DNA of 64,000 nucleotides from Candidatus Bathyarchaeum sp. (GCA_020344315.1 CP070820.1:109605-173604); one strand, 5' to 3'; counted from the stretch's first letter, positions 1 through 10,506 are shown. A program made the numbers and translations. Notes: a model not told the origin generated them from the letters alone.

Positions 1-2212
1 CTCTAAATTCTGTCACTGTGTCAAAAATTGAGTCAGGACCAGCTTGTTGTGCCGCGAAGTTGCTGTGGGACCCGACATCTGTTGAGTTGTCGACATCAAT
101 GATAGCGTTGTCTACATAATCCTCTATTATTTCGCCTTCCATATATTCTGTCAGTGTATCAACAATTAGGTCTGGACCATGTTTTTGTCCACGGAAGTAC
201 GATTGTGAACCCTTGTCATCGCTAAAATCTATGTTTGATATGTTGTTATCTACAAAATCGTAATCATAACCATCCATCGTAATCCATGGAGGATTTTCCA
301 CTATCACCCAGAGACCAACATCATCCACACTACGGTAGATGGGTTCACCCTCAAACGTTACTACTGCGCCATGCCAAATCAACTCTAAAGGATAAGTGAA
401 AGAGGCATCGTACTGCTCTACTGGATTTAACTCGATGCCCGAACCGAGTATATTTAGGGCTCCTGTCTTGTTGCCCGCAATAGAGTCGAAGATGTAGAGG
501 TTCTGGTTGTCGGTGTCCGTGAACATGAGTCCTGCTCCCGAGTCTCCTGACACGAATTGGCTCCAATGGTGTTCCCAATTTGTATCGTTGTAGAAGAGAC
601 CAGTGGAAGTGGAAGTTTCAGGGTAGCCTCCATCTGTTCCATCCTCTGTTAGTTGTGTTCCAGAGAGACTTGAGAGCTGGATGGCACTGAGATCAGAAAC
701 AGTTCTGCTCTGGGAAGAGTTCACAAAGATTGTTCTTGCTTCATACGTATAGTAAGTTGCATTTGCTGGGAAGGTTAAAACTACCTGCGCATAAAAGTCA
801 GGACTACCTGCAACTCCTCCACTATATTCAGGTTCCTGTTGAACTATATCTCGGACTACGCCGTTGTAGATTACATACGCCGGTTCAGCCCCATAGTTAG
901 GCTCCTCATTGTTGACGCGCAGGAAATCTGCCGTACAGCTGGTTGACCCCCCAACAACAGAAGAAACTACATCAAAGTTATACACGTCTAGGTTTGTTAG
1001 ACCATTGTTCAAAACACCATAGGATGGGTTGTATTCAGGGTCATCATTGAAGTATATGTTTTGCCAAGCATAAGATGTTTGGATTACTGTATCGCTCCCA
1101 TCCCACCACAATGTAGCCTTCTCGACATCGTCATTGACTAAAAACACTAACATATTATTATTGTTGAAGAGACTGGCGTTTCCAGCTAGACCCAAAGGAA
1201 CTCTGTAGTCCGATGCCCAATCCTCCACTTGAAAAGGTACCTCCCGGTCCACCCCATTTATTGTTTGATTAAGATGGAGAGCTTTGACCGGAAGAGGTGG
1301 AATAGGCCTCGCTTGAGGCAGTATTTGCAAGCTTTGACCAAGCCATAGCAAGGTACCATTTTGGAGTACTTCTATAACCATAGTGTCCGTAGTTAAAGAT
1401 TCGTAGATGTGCTTCAATCCCGTAGAGTCCCAATCAAAGTTATAAATGAACTGGGGAAATCCTGACTCAAGTGAGGCTTCAGAATAGAAAGCTTTCACCA
1501 GAAGGCCTCTTTGATTTTCAACTTGGACTGAATAAGCGTCTTGATTTACTCCCGGGGGGATGTCTATGATATAAGTTCCATCTGCAGAGATCACTGGATC
1601 ATTTTCTGGATTAACCAGCTCCCAAGTTGAGTCACCGTAGTTATACCTGTAAAACCAGAAGTTTTCTTTTCTTAATCCTAGTTCAGGTTTACTATTATCG
1701 CGTGTAACAATTATTCTGGCTTCATTTGAGTTTATTGGGTCTAGAATACTGACTTCCAATGCAGAAGATGTCTCATACTTCACTCCTTCTATTCCAAGAC
1801 CCGCCAAATCATAGGTTACTGAGATGTTCCCCATGCTGTAGCTTTGTGGCATATACCAGCGGGTAGAAACCTGACTCGCTGTAAAATCGAGGTCAAAGGA
1901 TGGGTTCCATTCCGGATGTGAACGAGCAATATTAACTAATCCGCTTGAAAGATAGCGGGTCGTGAGTCCCTGGGCATATGTTGAGTTTCCCGTGACTTGC
2001 AGGATTGAGCCGTAGTATCCAACAGTAAAGTCCAAAATTCTTTTGATGTCCGCGTTCATTTCTCCCATAGCCGTCAGGACTATGGGTGAGTCCTGCAGTG
2101 GAGCGTGGCGGATCATGCTGTAAGTGGATATGACAGCAGCTACTAGAATCACGGCTACCAGCAACGCCGCGATTATAGAGAACTGTCCCTTATTTGCTCT
2201 ACTTCTTTTCAA
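1..2212 (-). CDS. Large pilin-like surface protein/adhesin, 3'-truncated by the window edge
   Basis: Absent from the ORF track, apparently because it has no stop in the window. TTG at 2212 gives MKRSRANKG|QFSIIAALLVAVILVAAVIS (class III signal peptide). The same frame is still open at base 1 (...EDYVDNAIIDVDNSTDVGSHSNFAAQQAGPDSIFDTVTEFR). Only the two ends were translated by hand. Confidence 0.8.
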   Translation of the reverse strand, partial: MKRSRANKGQFSIIAALLVAVILVAAVISTYSMIRHAPLQDSPIVLTAMGEMNADIKRILDFTVGYYGSILQVTGNSTYAQGLTTRYLSSGLVNIARSHPEWNPSFDLDFTASQVSTRWYMPQSYSMGNISVTYDLAGLGIEGVKYETSSALEVSILDPINSNEARIIVTRDNSKPELGLRKENFWFYRYNYGDSTWELVNPENDPVISADGTYIIDIPPGVNQDAYSVQVENQRGLLVKAFYSEASLESGFPQFIYNFDWDSTGLKHIYESLTTDTMVIEVLQNGTLLWLGQSLQILPQARPIPPLPVKALHLNQTINGVDREVPFQVEDWASDYRVPLGLAGNASLFNNNNMLVFLVNDDVEKATLWWDGSDTVIQTSYAWQNIYFNDDPEYNPSYGVLNNGLTNLDVYNFDVVSSVVGGSTSCTADFLRVNNEEPNYGAEPAYVIYNGVVRDIVQQEPEYSGGVAGSPDFYAQVVLTFPANATYYTYEARTIFVNSSQSRTVSDLSAIQLSSLSGTQLTEDGTDGGYPETSTSTGLFYNDTNWEHHWSQFVSGDSGAGLMFTDTDNQNLYIFDSIAGNKTGALNILGSGIELNPVEQYDASFTYPLELIWHGAVVTFEGEPIYRSVDDVGLWVIVENPPWITMDGYDYDFVDNNISNIDFSDDKGSQSYFRGQKHGPDLIVDTLTEYMEGEIIEDYVDNAIIDVDNSTDVGSHSNFAAQQAGPDSIFDTVTEFR

Positions 2213-2216
2213 GAAT

Positions 2217-3542
2217 TTAGGTCCCTCCTTGTTGACCAAGTTGGAGAGTGACAAGTCTTGATGTTCCGCTGGCTCCGAATTCACTTCTGTAGACTGTTGG
2301 ACGATAGTACATAAGGAGAGCGAGTGCAGCAACTCGTATGTCCGGAATCCTTGTCAGCCCTATTGCTGTGAGCACGCCTCCTCCAGTATGCTTGTACGTT
2401 GCAGCAGGAATGTAGTTCGGGTATGACGGCTGACGGATAAAAAGCTCTGTGGCAGTTAATTGGTAATCAGTTAAAATAGAGTCTGGAAGTGCACGCGTGG
2501 CTGTCTGGGTGATATCAGGGTAAATGCCATAATAGTTGAGGTTCTCAAGAGCTTCACTGTTAAACGTGACATCTCCGGGGCTTCCGGTGATACCTGTACC
2601 ACTGATGACGTATGGATCGCCGTCCAATCCTCTGAGAAAGGCGTTGAGTCCTGCTGGTCCAACTTGTATCATCCCATGAATACCATAACCATTGTGGTCA
2701 TCTGGGTCGGTAAAAACTTCGGTGTTAGATACATAATAGACAGGGTAGCCGACAATGCTGACCCAAGTCCAGTTATACTGCTGCGTTTTGCTACCGAGAG
2801 TATAGCAAAACTTTGCATATGATCCGCCTTCGTAGCCTTCATTTTGTTGTGAACCACCTTGGCAATAATCGGCTGGAATGGGAACAGCTTCCCCAAACGT
2901 GTTTACAACAACAGCATTTTGTATAGTCCCTTCAAGCGATGTGGAGTTCTCCAAGAGGAGCCTAAGCTGATATGTACTGTTTATGAGAATAGTACTGGTG
3001 AAGTACGGGGAAAGAAGGTCTTTGAAGTCCGAAGCAAGACTCTGACCAGTATAACCTGTGATCCACCAACCGTTAGCGTCGTTACAATTCAAGATGTAGA
3101 GGGTGATGTTTTGTCCTGTGCTCTCCCCCACTTTTTGCGGGTCCTCGGTGAAGGTGACGTTTGGGGATGTCACCATAAATGAAGCAGAGTCAGACTCGGC
3201 TCCGAAGCCAGCATCTGAGATTGAGTTCGCTAGTTGATAGGTTATGGCTCCTCCAGCGCTCGCTGAAATGTCATAAACGCTGAGGTTATAAACCACATTT
3301 GGTGGGAGAGATGCTGAGAGAGCCATTTTGAGGTCTCCCCAAGCAGGATCAGAAGAACCTTTGAAGACTGTCTCGGTTAATACACCTTTACCATCCAAGG
3401 TTTCGAGGGTGGATTGAGACAACTCTCGCAGGTTGGTTCCAAAAGATTGACGTGGCGAAGGCAAAACAGCAAACTGAGTTGCGATAATAAAGGCTCCCAG
3501 TATGATGATAATAACAAAGAGGACCTCAACAGTTCTCATCAA
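2217..3542 (-). CDS. Minor pilin-like secreted protein
   Basis: N-terminal MMRTVEVLFVIIIILGAF hydrophobic helix with Glu; SD GGAGGTGA; lies within the pilus operon. Confidence 0.7.
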   Translation of the reverse strand: MMRTVEVLFVIIIILGAFIIATQFAVLPSPRQSFGTNLRELSQSTLETLDGKGVLTETVFKGSSDPAWGDLKMALSASLPPNVVYNLSVYDISASAGGAITYQLANSISDAGFGAESDSASFMVTSPNVTFTEDPQKVGESTGQNITLYILNCNDANGWWITGYTGQSLASDFKDLLSPYFTSTILINSTYQLRLLLENSTSLEGTIQNAVVVNTFGEAVPIPADYCQGGSQQNEGYEGGSYAKFCYTLGSKTQQYNWTWVSIVGYPVYYVSNTEVFTDPDDHNGYGIHGMIQVGPAGLNAFLRGLDGDPYVISGTGITGSPGDVTFNSEALENLNYYGIYPDITQTATRALPDSILTDYQLTATELFIRQPSYPNYIPAATYKHTGGGVLTAIGLTRIPDIRVAALALLMYYRPTVYRSEFGASGTSRLVTLQLGQQGGT

Positions 3543-3559
3543 CGCCCATCACCTCCCTT

Positions 3560-4717
3560 TCAGCCCCTCAATCTCCATGCAGACAACTTCACCAGATACG
3601 AAACCTCGTTAATCCTCACCTGCCTAAGTTCGGTTGCAACAAAACTGTAACCAGTCGAATCACCGCCAAAAACGGCTGTGACCCCGAGAGTGCCGATTCC
3701 CCAAGGCATAACTACAGAACCGATGCTCGCTCCCTGCTTATATGAAATCAATAGGATTCCTGTCTCGGATGCCGGAACTTTCGTTGTATTGTAAGTACCG
3801 TATTCTAGATTATCTGTGGAATTCTCTATCTGAACCTGCTGCAACTGAAATCCCTGATTCAGAATAAAAAAGGTGGCATTATAATAGACGGAATCAGCTG
3901 GGCTATTATTGGCGATTATGACTTTCCCATTCTCAAAATCTTGGACAAATGGAAGAATGAGCGCATCAGAACTGCTAGTGACATCACGAGAATAGTATCC
4001 AACACCATTAAGTCCACTGAGATGAACGTAGACCAATAAAGAATAGGCATCGTCAGAAGCATCTAAAGAAAACTTTATCGATGATGAACCGTTTTGTATA
4101 ATGCCTGAATGCGTTATTATCGAAGGAAACTCCCCGCCCTCAGGATCTAGATGAAAAAGATAGTAATTCAGGCTAGCATTCGTTAAAGGTAGTCCTGGTC
4201 CTCTTGTTTCAACTTTGAACTCTAAGGGATTCAAGGAGACCTCCGAGATGCTGACGCTCAGAGTTGGTGCAATATTGATTCCAAATCCATAGGTTCCATT
4301 GACGCCTAAAAGTTCCGCAGTTCTTGTGTAATTCACACAATCACCTACTGGAACAAGTAGATAACCTCCATAACCGAAACTGATGTTATTGTAGAAAGTT
4401 GTACCATATTGGACGAGTTGGCTATCCTGAGAAGTCCTTAGCCTCATTGGGGAATAGGTACTAAGGGAGTACCCGCTAGATTCAGGGTCTTGAAGGCCGA
4501 AACCTATTATGGCTGAGTTGGTCTGTGACCAATTTGCGGGATTTCCTGGAGATAGACATGCAGTATCTATGAGATCGACGGCTTTCATGGTGACCTGTCG
4601 GTTACGTTCATAAGCAACGGCAGATGCGAACATATTATTGAAGGTGACCATAGCTATCAGCATCGCCGTTATTAAAATCGTAACTGAAATCATGTGATCT
4701 ATGGTAGCACCCGGCAT
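3560..4717 (-). CDS. Minor pilin-like protein
   Basis: MPGATIDHMISVTILITAMLIAMV pilin-type N-terminal helix; operon context. Confidence 0.7.
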   Translation of the reverse strand: MPGATIDHMISVTILITAMLIAMVTFNNMFASAVAYERNRQVTMKAVDLIDTACLSPGNPANWSQTNSAIIGFGLQDPESSGYSLSTYSPMRLRTSQDSQLVQYGTTFYNNISFGYGGYLLVPVGDCVNYTRTAELLGVNGTYGFGINIAPTLSVSISEVSLNPLEFKVETRGPGLPLTNASLNYYLFHLDPEGGEFPSIITHSGIIQNGSSSIKFSLDASDDAYSLLVYVHLSGLNGVGYYSRDVTSSSDALILPFVQDFENGKVIIANNSPADSVYYNATFFILNQGFQLQQVQIENSTDNLEYGTYNTTKVPASETGILLISYKQGASIGSVVMPWGIGTLGVTAVFGGDSTGYSFVATELRQVRINEVSYLVKLSAWRLRG

Positions 4718-4721
4718 CTAA

Positions 4722-5198
4722 TCAGCCTCCAAAAGAAAAAACTATGGTGCTGTTAGAAAACTTCTGAAGTTCAAGTGAAGCGTTAGCAGAGTTACTCTGA
4801 AGAATGGGATTCTCGGTCCATATCACATTAGAGCCCATCACAGCTAACGCGGTAACCGTGGTTCCATCTTCCATCGTCAAGGTAAGGGTGAGAATTCTAG
4901 TGGAATTAGGGTCTGAGGGGCTACTCAGTGAGCCCATAGCTGTATACGGATAAGAATTAATGGTTGCCGGGATACGTAAGGCATGCGTTATAGTGCCAGC
5001 TAAGATTTCTTCCCGATTCACAGTTAGGTAAAGTTGTTGAACCGTACTCGCCAGATGGTCTGCAGCCTCCTGTAGCGCAACGTTTCTTTCAGATTCTTGC
5101 CAACTGGAGGTAATTGTATTCGCTACCAAAGGAAAAACTATCACTTGAGTAAAGAGCAAAGGAATCAGTATCACATACTCAATCGTTACATTCGGCAC
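4722..5198 (-). CDS. Minor pilin-like protein
   Basis: MPNVTIEYVILIPLLF resembles the G|QxxxEY pilin motif; SD GGAG; operon context. Confidence 0.7.
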   Translation of the reverse strand: MPNVTIEYVILIPLLFTQVIVFPLVANTITSSWQESERNVALQEAADHLASTVQQLYLTVNREEILAGTITHALRIPATINSYPYTAMGSLSSPSDPNSTRILTLTLTMEDGTTVTALAVMGSNVIWTENPILQSNSANASLELQKFSNSTIVFSFGG

Positions 5199-5223
5199 CT
5201 ATGATAGTCTCCTCTCCTTATTT

Positions 5224-6093
5224 TCACCAAGTAATTCCAAATTCAACAGATACCTCGCTTAGGTAAAGTTCAAAAACTACATTGTCATATCCAGAAGAAG
5301 GAACGGGAATCTCTTCAGAGTCAAATGGAAAATTGAAAAAAGCGGAATCAAAATTCTCTGGTGAAGCTGCTCTAGGAAAACTAACAGAAACGTCGATGCT
5401 CGTGACGTTGCTCAGGGTGCGGGCTTCCACCGACGTTCCAGTTAAGGTGATAGATTGGGATAGTCTAGGGGCTTCTCCAGCTTCAAGAACCGGAAGGTAC
5501 ATCTTAACATAATATGTGCTGGTGGAAGCGTTAATCGAAGAGAAGAGGACCCTAATGGCTGGGGCTACAACTACCCGTATATAACTTCCATCATACATAG
5601 GCAACTTCTCGACGACAAACACTCGTGCGACTGGAGCAGAGGTACCCTGTAAAGTAAGAGATTCGTCCTCAGACGGAAAGACTCTTTCCCAGTAATCGTT
5701 GGCCACAGAATATTTTGATGTTGGGACTTTGAACATGAGTATTGCTGTCTCATTTGAAAATTCATTTGTCCCTTCATTGGTTTCGACGGTCACTACGTAA
5801 TTTAATACTGAGGGCTCTAGGACAGCATCCCCATACTGGCTTGCATAACGAATAGTCTCTGTACGCCCCACTGTCCAAGCTACATCATCTATTTGAAGCC
5901 CAGCTGTATGCATCAACTGTTTGGAAGAGTTGAACTCTCCCTCTGCAACCTGAGACCAGAGAAAATTGTTTGCGAAGACTAAGGCGACGCTAACTATGGC
6001 AATCATTGCACCTGTAATAACAACTGTTGAGATAACGGGGCTTACTCCGCCTTTACTTGACCGTTTCTTATGAACAGAGTTAATCATTGGCAA
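5224..6093 (-). CDS. Archaeal type IV pilin-like protein (class III signal peptide)
   Basis: KKRSSKGG|VSPVISTVVITGAMIAIVSVALVF, a canonical archaeal pilin N-terminus. Confidence 0.8.
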   Translation of the reverse strand: MPMINSVHKKRSSKGGVSPVISTVVITGAMIAIVSVALVFANNFLWSQVAEGEFNSSKQLMHTAGLQIDDVAWTVGRTETIRYASQYGDAVLEPSVLNYVVTVETNEGTNEFSNETAILMFKVPTSKYSVANDYWERVFPSEDESLTLQGTSAPVARVFVVEKLPMYDGSYIRVVVAPAIRVLFSSINASTSTYYVKMYLPVLEAGEAPRLSQSITLTGTSVEARTLSNVTSIDVSVSFPRAASPENFDSAFFNFPFDSEEIPVPSSGYDNVVFELYLSEVSVEFGITW

Positions 6094-6112
6094 ACTTTCC
6101 TCCTGTTTTCCC

Positions 6113-7801
6113 CTAAATTATCATTGGAACAACTTTTGATGCAACGATAGCGAGCAGAACGAGCAAGGAGGAATGTTTTAAGCCAGCGGCCAAAGATTCT
6201 TCACTGATTTTTCCTGCCACCAGTCCAATCAGGTAACAGTGTGTGATTACTGAAACTGTGAAGATTAACGTAAGGAAATCTACGTCGACCGCGCCTACCC
6301 CTTGGCTAGTCCCCGCCATGGCAACTGTCTCAGTGGTGAAAATGAGAGTCATAAGAGTCGTTGCTACCAGCAATACCGCTGCAAAGTAGGGGATGAGTAT
6401 ATAGGGCCGAACGCTCATCTTCTTCTCTTTCTCCACTTCCTGAGTCATATTGTTGAATCTCGCGAGAGATTCAATCATGGATATGGTTCCACCCCCTACG
6501 TCCACAGCTTCTAAGAGGAGAAACATGACTATCTGGGACATCCAACTCCTAGTTTTCTTCACGAAATCCATGATTACATTTCGCAACGGAATCCCCCAAG
6601 CAATGTCAGACGACATCTTCTTCAATTCCTTAGAGAAAGCTCCGTAGTTCCGTTCTGAAAGATTCTCAATACACTTTTCTGGGGAAAGCCCTGTCTTTCT
6701 CGTTTCCGTCAGATCCCTGAGAAAGTTGGCTATCCCATGCTCGATGCTCGATTTTCTACTTGCGATCTTCTGGTGGACGAGGGCTGGAGGCACAGCTGAA
6801 ATTATCAAAGTGATGGCCACTGCAATTGGCAGGTCGACAAGATTTTGGGTAGGTATTTGTACCATACCAAAGAATCCTGTGAGCAGCAAGAGCACTAAAA
6901 CAGCCACACCTGAGGAGATGCCCCATACTTTGTAGGATCTATAATCGCTGAGGGGAGTTTTTGGTTGCATACCGTGGGCAAGATACAGGAAGACAACAGA
7001 AAGTAGAGGAGTGAAAACGTAGGTATACATGATCACTCCAGTACCCATGTCCATGCCTGAGCTGTATATTGACTCGACACTGAAGAGAATGTAGAAGCAG
7101 AGGGACATGAGAACCATTATAATGATAAAGGACTCCAGAAGCATTCCCAAACGCTCGGCGGCAGCCTTAACTCTCAAGGACCCCGTCTTGAAGATATCCT
7201 GCGCCTTTGTTTCGAGGAAGTGGATAACGTCACCACCTATAATAACTGTGGAAGCATAACCCGAAACGAAGTCTCTGAACATATCCAGCGGATGGTACTT
7301 TGCCGAGATCTCCAGTGCACTAAGGGGGTCAATCCCAAAGATTTCAACATCTCTGATTAGACTTCTAGCTTCTTTCCGCGTTGCAGGTAACAATTCAACA
7401 TCTGCAAGTCGCTTAAAGCTCATGTAAGGCGGTATACCTCCTGACGCCATAACAGTGATGTAGGTTGCTGCAAAAGGCATCTCCCTCTCCACGGCACCTT
7501 TCCGGTCGCTGGCCTTCGACATCGGGGCAATCATGAAGCCAATCATGATGAAGAGGGGTAGGGGCACCAAGAAGATCAGGAATATGATCCTCGTGAAATA
7601 TAGAAATACTAGTGCGATGACAGATACTGGTATAGTTAGCATAGCAATTAAAAACATCAGGGATATGTAGGTTTCAGGATAGATTTTGATTCCTGCTTTT
7701 GCCAAATGTTCCTTGAACTCGAAGACATTACTTAGGAACTTCGGAGCAACCCTTCCGAAAAGGCGAAAAGAAACCCCTTCAAGAGTTTTTAGCAGGGGCA
7801 C
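6113..7801 (-). CDS. Type IV pilus platform protein (T2SS-F, TadC/ArlJ-like)
   Basis: Two T2SSF-like repeats (EMPFAATYITVMASGG; NFLRDLTETRKTG) and multiple TM segments; downstream of the ATPase. Confidence 0.9.
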   Translation of the reverse strand: MPLLKTLEGVSFRLFGRVAPKFLSNVFEFKEHLAKAGIKIYPETYISLMFLIAMLTIPVSVIALVFLYFTRIIFLIFLVPLPLFIMIGFMIAPMSKASDRKGAVEREMPFAATYITVMASGGIPPYMSFKRLADVELLPATRKEARSLIRDVEIFGIDPLSALEISAKYHPLDMFRDFVSGYASTVIIGGDVIHFLETKAQDIFKTGSLRVKAAAERLGMLLESFIIIMVLMSLCFYILFSVESIYSSGMDMGTGVIMYTYVFTPLLSVVFLYLAHGMQPKTPLSDYRSYKVWGISSGVAVLVLLLLTGFFGMVQIPTQNLVDLPIAVAITLIISAVPPALVHQKIASRKSSIEHGIANFLRDLTETRKTGLSPEKCIENLSERNYGAFSKELKKMSSDIAWGIPLRNVIMDFVKKTRSWMSQIVMFLLLEAVDVGGGTISMIESLARFNNMTQEVEKEKKMSVRPYILIPYFAAVLLVATTLMTLIFTTETVAMAGTSQGVGAVDVDFLTLIFTVSVITHCYLIGLVAGKISEESLAAGLKHSSLLVLLAIVASKVVPMII

Positions 7802-9389
7802 CAGCTAAAACCTCCCTCTCGTAGAAACTTTCAGGTTTGGCATTGTATTCCGTTATGACCCCTGCGACGTCTTTGTAGCTTCTAATGTTGCGTTCGCGCA
7901 TCCAGCGCAACACGTTTTCCCGACGTTTCATCTCTTCCATCAATTTTTGCCAGGAGAGACCTCTGCGAGTAGTTACGGAATTAAGCGCTATGCTGTTCTT
8001 GAGCAAGGAAATGTGGACGTCGTCAGTAGCGTTCCAGTTGAAAAGTTTTTTATAATCTTCGTAATCGGCAATTTCATCCACTGAAATAACTCGTCGGTAA
8101 GCCGTCATTTCTCCTGTCTTCGACTGCGGCAAGTGTACTCTTTGAATGGATACTACAATGTTCATGAGAGGCATGTATGCAGGTGCAATATCCATAGGTT
8201 TCTGGATTAAACGTTTGACAGCCGAATCGATGGAATCTGCGTGCATAGTAGCCATGCCGCCGTGACCCGTTGCCAAGGCTTGGAACAGGGTATATGCTTC
8301 GCTTCCTCGAATCTCGCCGACCACTATCAGATCTGGACGGTGCCTCATGGATGTCTTGACTAAATCAAAGAGGGATACTTCTCCGGTGAGGTTTTCTCCT
8401 AGACCGTAACTTCTTCTCGCAATCAGGGACACCCAATTTTCGTGAGGCAGATTAAGCTCTGCAGTTTCCTCAATTGTTATTATCTTGCTGCCGGGCTTGA
8501 TTAAACATGCTACTGCATTGAGGAACGTTGTTTTTCCTGATGCTGTTCCGCCTAGCACCATTAGGGAGGCTCTGTTCTCCAGACAGGTCCAGAAATAGGC
8601 TGCCATCTCTTCGGATAGGGTTCCTAGGTTAATTAGATCGATAATTGAGTAGGGGTCGTCTCGGAACTTTCTTATTGTGAAGGCTGTCCCGAAGGGTGTT
8701 ACTTCCCTTCTGTAGCAGACAGCAAGTCTGTGCTTTCCTGGTAAAGAGGCGTCAACTATGGGGAAGGCTGAGCTTACGTGCTTTCCAGCCATGTGAACTA
8801 GCTTTACCACAGAGTCGTCTAGTTCTTGGTCGGCGTGAAAGACCATGTTTGTTTCAAGGTTCTCATATCTTCTGTGCCAGATGTAAACGGGTTTCTCGAC
8901 GCCGTCACACGAGATGTCTTCTATGTTTGGGTCTCGCATCAGCGCGTCGATCCGGCCGAAACCGACAAGGTTTCGTTGGGCATGATAAAGGATTTTAGAC
9001 CACGAAACGTCTGGTAGCCAACCTAAACTTATTCGGTATTTGCCAACAATCTTTTCAGCTTCAGTTACAAAAAATTGTCGAGGGTCCTCGATTTCTTCTT
9101 GTGGATTAGCTATCTCAGCGAGGAGAATTTCTAATATTCTGTCATACACGCTCTGTTCGAGGGTGTCTAGCCTGAGTTCGTCTAGAATGTATTTGTGTTC
9201 GCCGGTTACTGGGTTTTGAGCAATGGCTGCGTGGGCGAAGGGTTCGTAGAGAGGATATTTTTCGACGACTTTGTATCCTTTTGGCAGGGGTTTTGGTGGG
9301 GGTGGTGGTAGGGTTTTAATTTTCTTTCTCTTGAAGATACCGCCTAACTTTGCTCGAAATCCCTTTTTGGATAGTTTATCCTTCGGCAT
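7779..9389 (-). CDS. Type II/IV secretion/pilus assembly ATPase (TadA/ArlI/VirB11 family)
   Basis: Walker A GGTASGKT, IITIEETAEL, RHRPDLIVVGEIRG, TGHGGMATMHA. Confidence 0.95.
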   Translation of the reverse strand: MPKDKLSKKGFRAKLGGIFKRKKIKTLPPPPPKPLPKGYKVVEKYPLYEPFAHAAIAQNPVTGEHKYILDELRLDTLEQSVYDRILEILLAEIANPQEEIEDPRQFFVTEAEKIVGKYRISLGWLPDVSWSKILYHAQRNLVGFGRIDALMRDPNIEDISCDGVEKPVYIWHRRYENLETNMVFHADQELDDSVVKLVHMAGKHVSSAFPIVDASLPGKHRLAVCYRREVTPFGTAFTIRKFRDDPYSIIDLINLGTLSEEMAAYFWTCLENRASLMVLGGTASGKTTFLNAVACLIKPGSKIITIEETAELNLPHENWVSLIARRSYGLGENLTGEVSLFDLVKTSMRHRPDLIVVGEIRGSEAYTLFQALATGHGGMATMHADSIDSAVKRLIQKPMDIAPAYMPLMNIVVSIQRVHLPQSKTGEMTAYRRVISVDEIADYEDYKKLFNWNATDDVHISLLKNSIALNSVTTRRGLSWQKLMEEMKRRENVLRWMRERNIRSYKDVAGVITEYNAKPESFYEREVLAGAPAKNS

Positions 9390-9676
9390 TGGAGTTCTCC
9401 TATAGTTTAGGAGCTTCTTACAAGTATTAAGTCTTGCGTCTTAATAAAGCATACTATAGATCAGCTGTTCACATCTTCAAACATCAAAACACCTTACCAT
9501 AACGTAATGAGGAGATAGTTGAGGGGAAGCAATAATATTTAGGTTGAAACAAGGCAATTTGCTGCTTCTCCGTTGCTGCTGTCAACAAAGTAACGTTGCT
9601 TTTAGTGAAAAAACCATCAAATTAATTATTTTTTCGGGACAGGTTGTTTGTATATGTAGACGCTTTTCTGGAAAGT

Positions 9677-10249
9677 TCAGAGACGGGATTTACAGGTTAT
9701 CTCTTTTATTCTCAGATCAAAGAAAGCATGCGTGTTGCTTGGCTTCAAAACTACGGCGGTGTCTGCTCCACCCCCAGTGCCGCCGATGGCAATGGCTTCC
9801 TCATCTGTTTTGATTAGACCCGCGTCGGCTGCCATGCAAGCTACCTCGCAAGCAACTTTTACTCCCTGACCGAAAAGGCGAAGAACATTTGAGACGATTC
9901 CGTCAACTTGGAGGGTCCCAAACTTTTTGTTGACTGCTCTGCCCAGGGTGCCAAAGGCATGTGCAGTTGTTAGGATTTTCGCGCCGTTTCTTTCAATGAT
10001 GCTACGATTCTTGGGAAGAAATTCTTGAAAATTAGGCTTCCTGAATCCGGTAACATGTGTTACCACTACAACATTGTAGCCCTTGAAGACTTCGGAGGCC
10101 TTAATGCCGGTCTCACCTGTTGTCGAAGCCACGACGATGTTTTGGATACCAAGCTCTTCAGCTCGCTCTTTTGCCAACTTGAAGGTTTCTTCAGTGTTTT
10201 CGGGTCCAGATTTCTCGAAATATACTGTCTTACAAACAATTTTTGCCAT
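9677..10249 (-). CDS. Pyruvate kinase C-terminal-like domain protein (MTH1675-like)
   Basis: YFEKSGPENT, IVVASTTGETG, GQGVKVACEVACMAADAG motifs; start refined to ATG 10249. Confidence 0.85.
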   Translation of the reverse strand: MAKIVCKTVYFEKSGPENTEETFKLAKERAEELGIQNIVVASTTGETGIKASEVFKGYNVVVVTHVTGFRKPNFQEFLPKNRSIIERNGAKILTTAHAFGTLGRAVNKKFGTLQVDGIVSNVLRLFGQGVKVACEVACMAADAGLIKTDEEAIAIGGTGGGADTAVVLKPSNTHAFFDLRIKEITCKSRL

Positions 10250-10347
10250 ACCAAGCAGCTCCAATTAACTCTTAATGTTTCAGGGTGCCATGTAATTGAT
10301 TGAACGGGCTTATATTTGTTATAAAAGTTGTTTCTATACATTCAATG

Positions 10348-10413
10348 TGTTCTGCTGGTTTTTCAGAAAAAAGACTGTTTTCAACATAGCACTGTTATTA
10401 GGCTCCTAATATG
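10348..10413 (+). repeat. Dispersed intergenic repeat, copy 1 (core TATTAGG-CT-CCTAATA)
   Basis: ggtttttcagaaaaaagactgttttcaacatagcactgttattaggctcctaatatg; similar copies at 10441, 35707 and 45847. Confidence 0.85.
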
Positions 10414-10440
10414 CTCGGGAATGTGGACAGCAAATCATAA

Positions 10441-10506
10441 TCTTGCTTGGAAAAACAGGAAAAAGCTAGTTTACAACAATGAAGTATCATTAGGCTCCTA
10501 ATATGA
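10441..10506 (+). repeat. Dispersed intergenic repeat, copy 2
   Basis: ttggaaaaacaggaaaaagctagtttacaacaatgaagtatcattaggctcctaatatga. Confidence 0.8.

Noticed and set aside
5224..9389. Archaellum (motility) operon
   Set aside because: No recognisable archaellin, ArlH, ArlF/G or chemotaxis genes; the composition fits a pilus
10348..10506. CRISPR array from the tandem repeat copies (also 38047-38101)
   Set aside because: Only two units each, with unsuitable repeat/spacer lengths or degenerate copies, and no cas genes in the window
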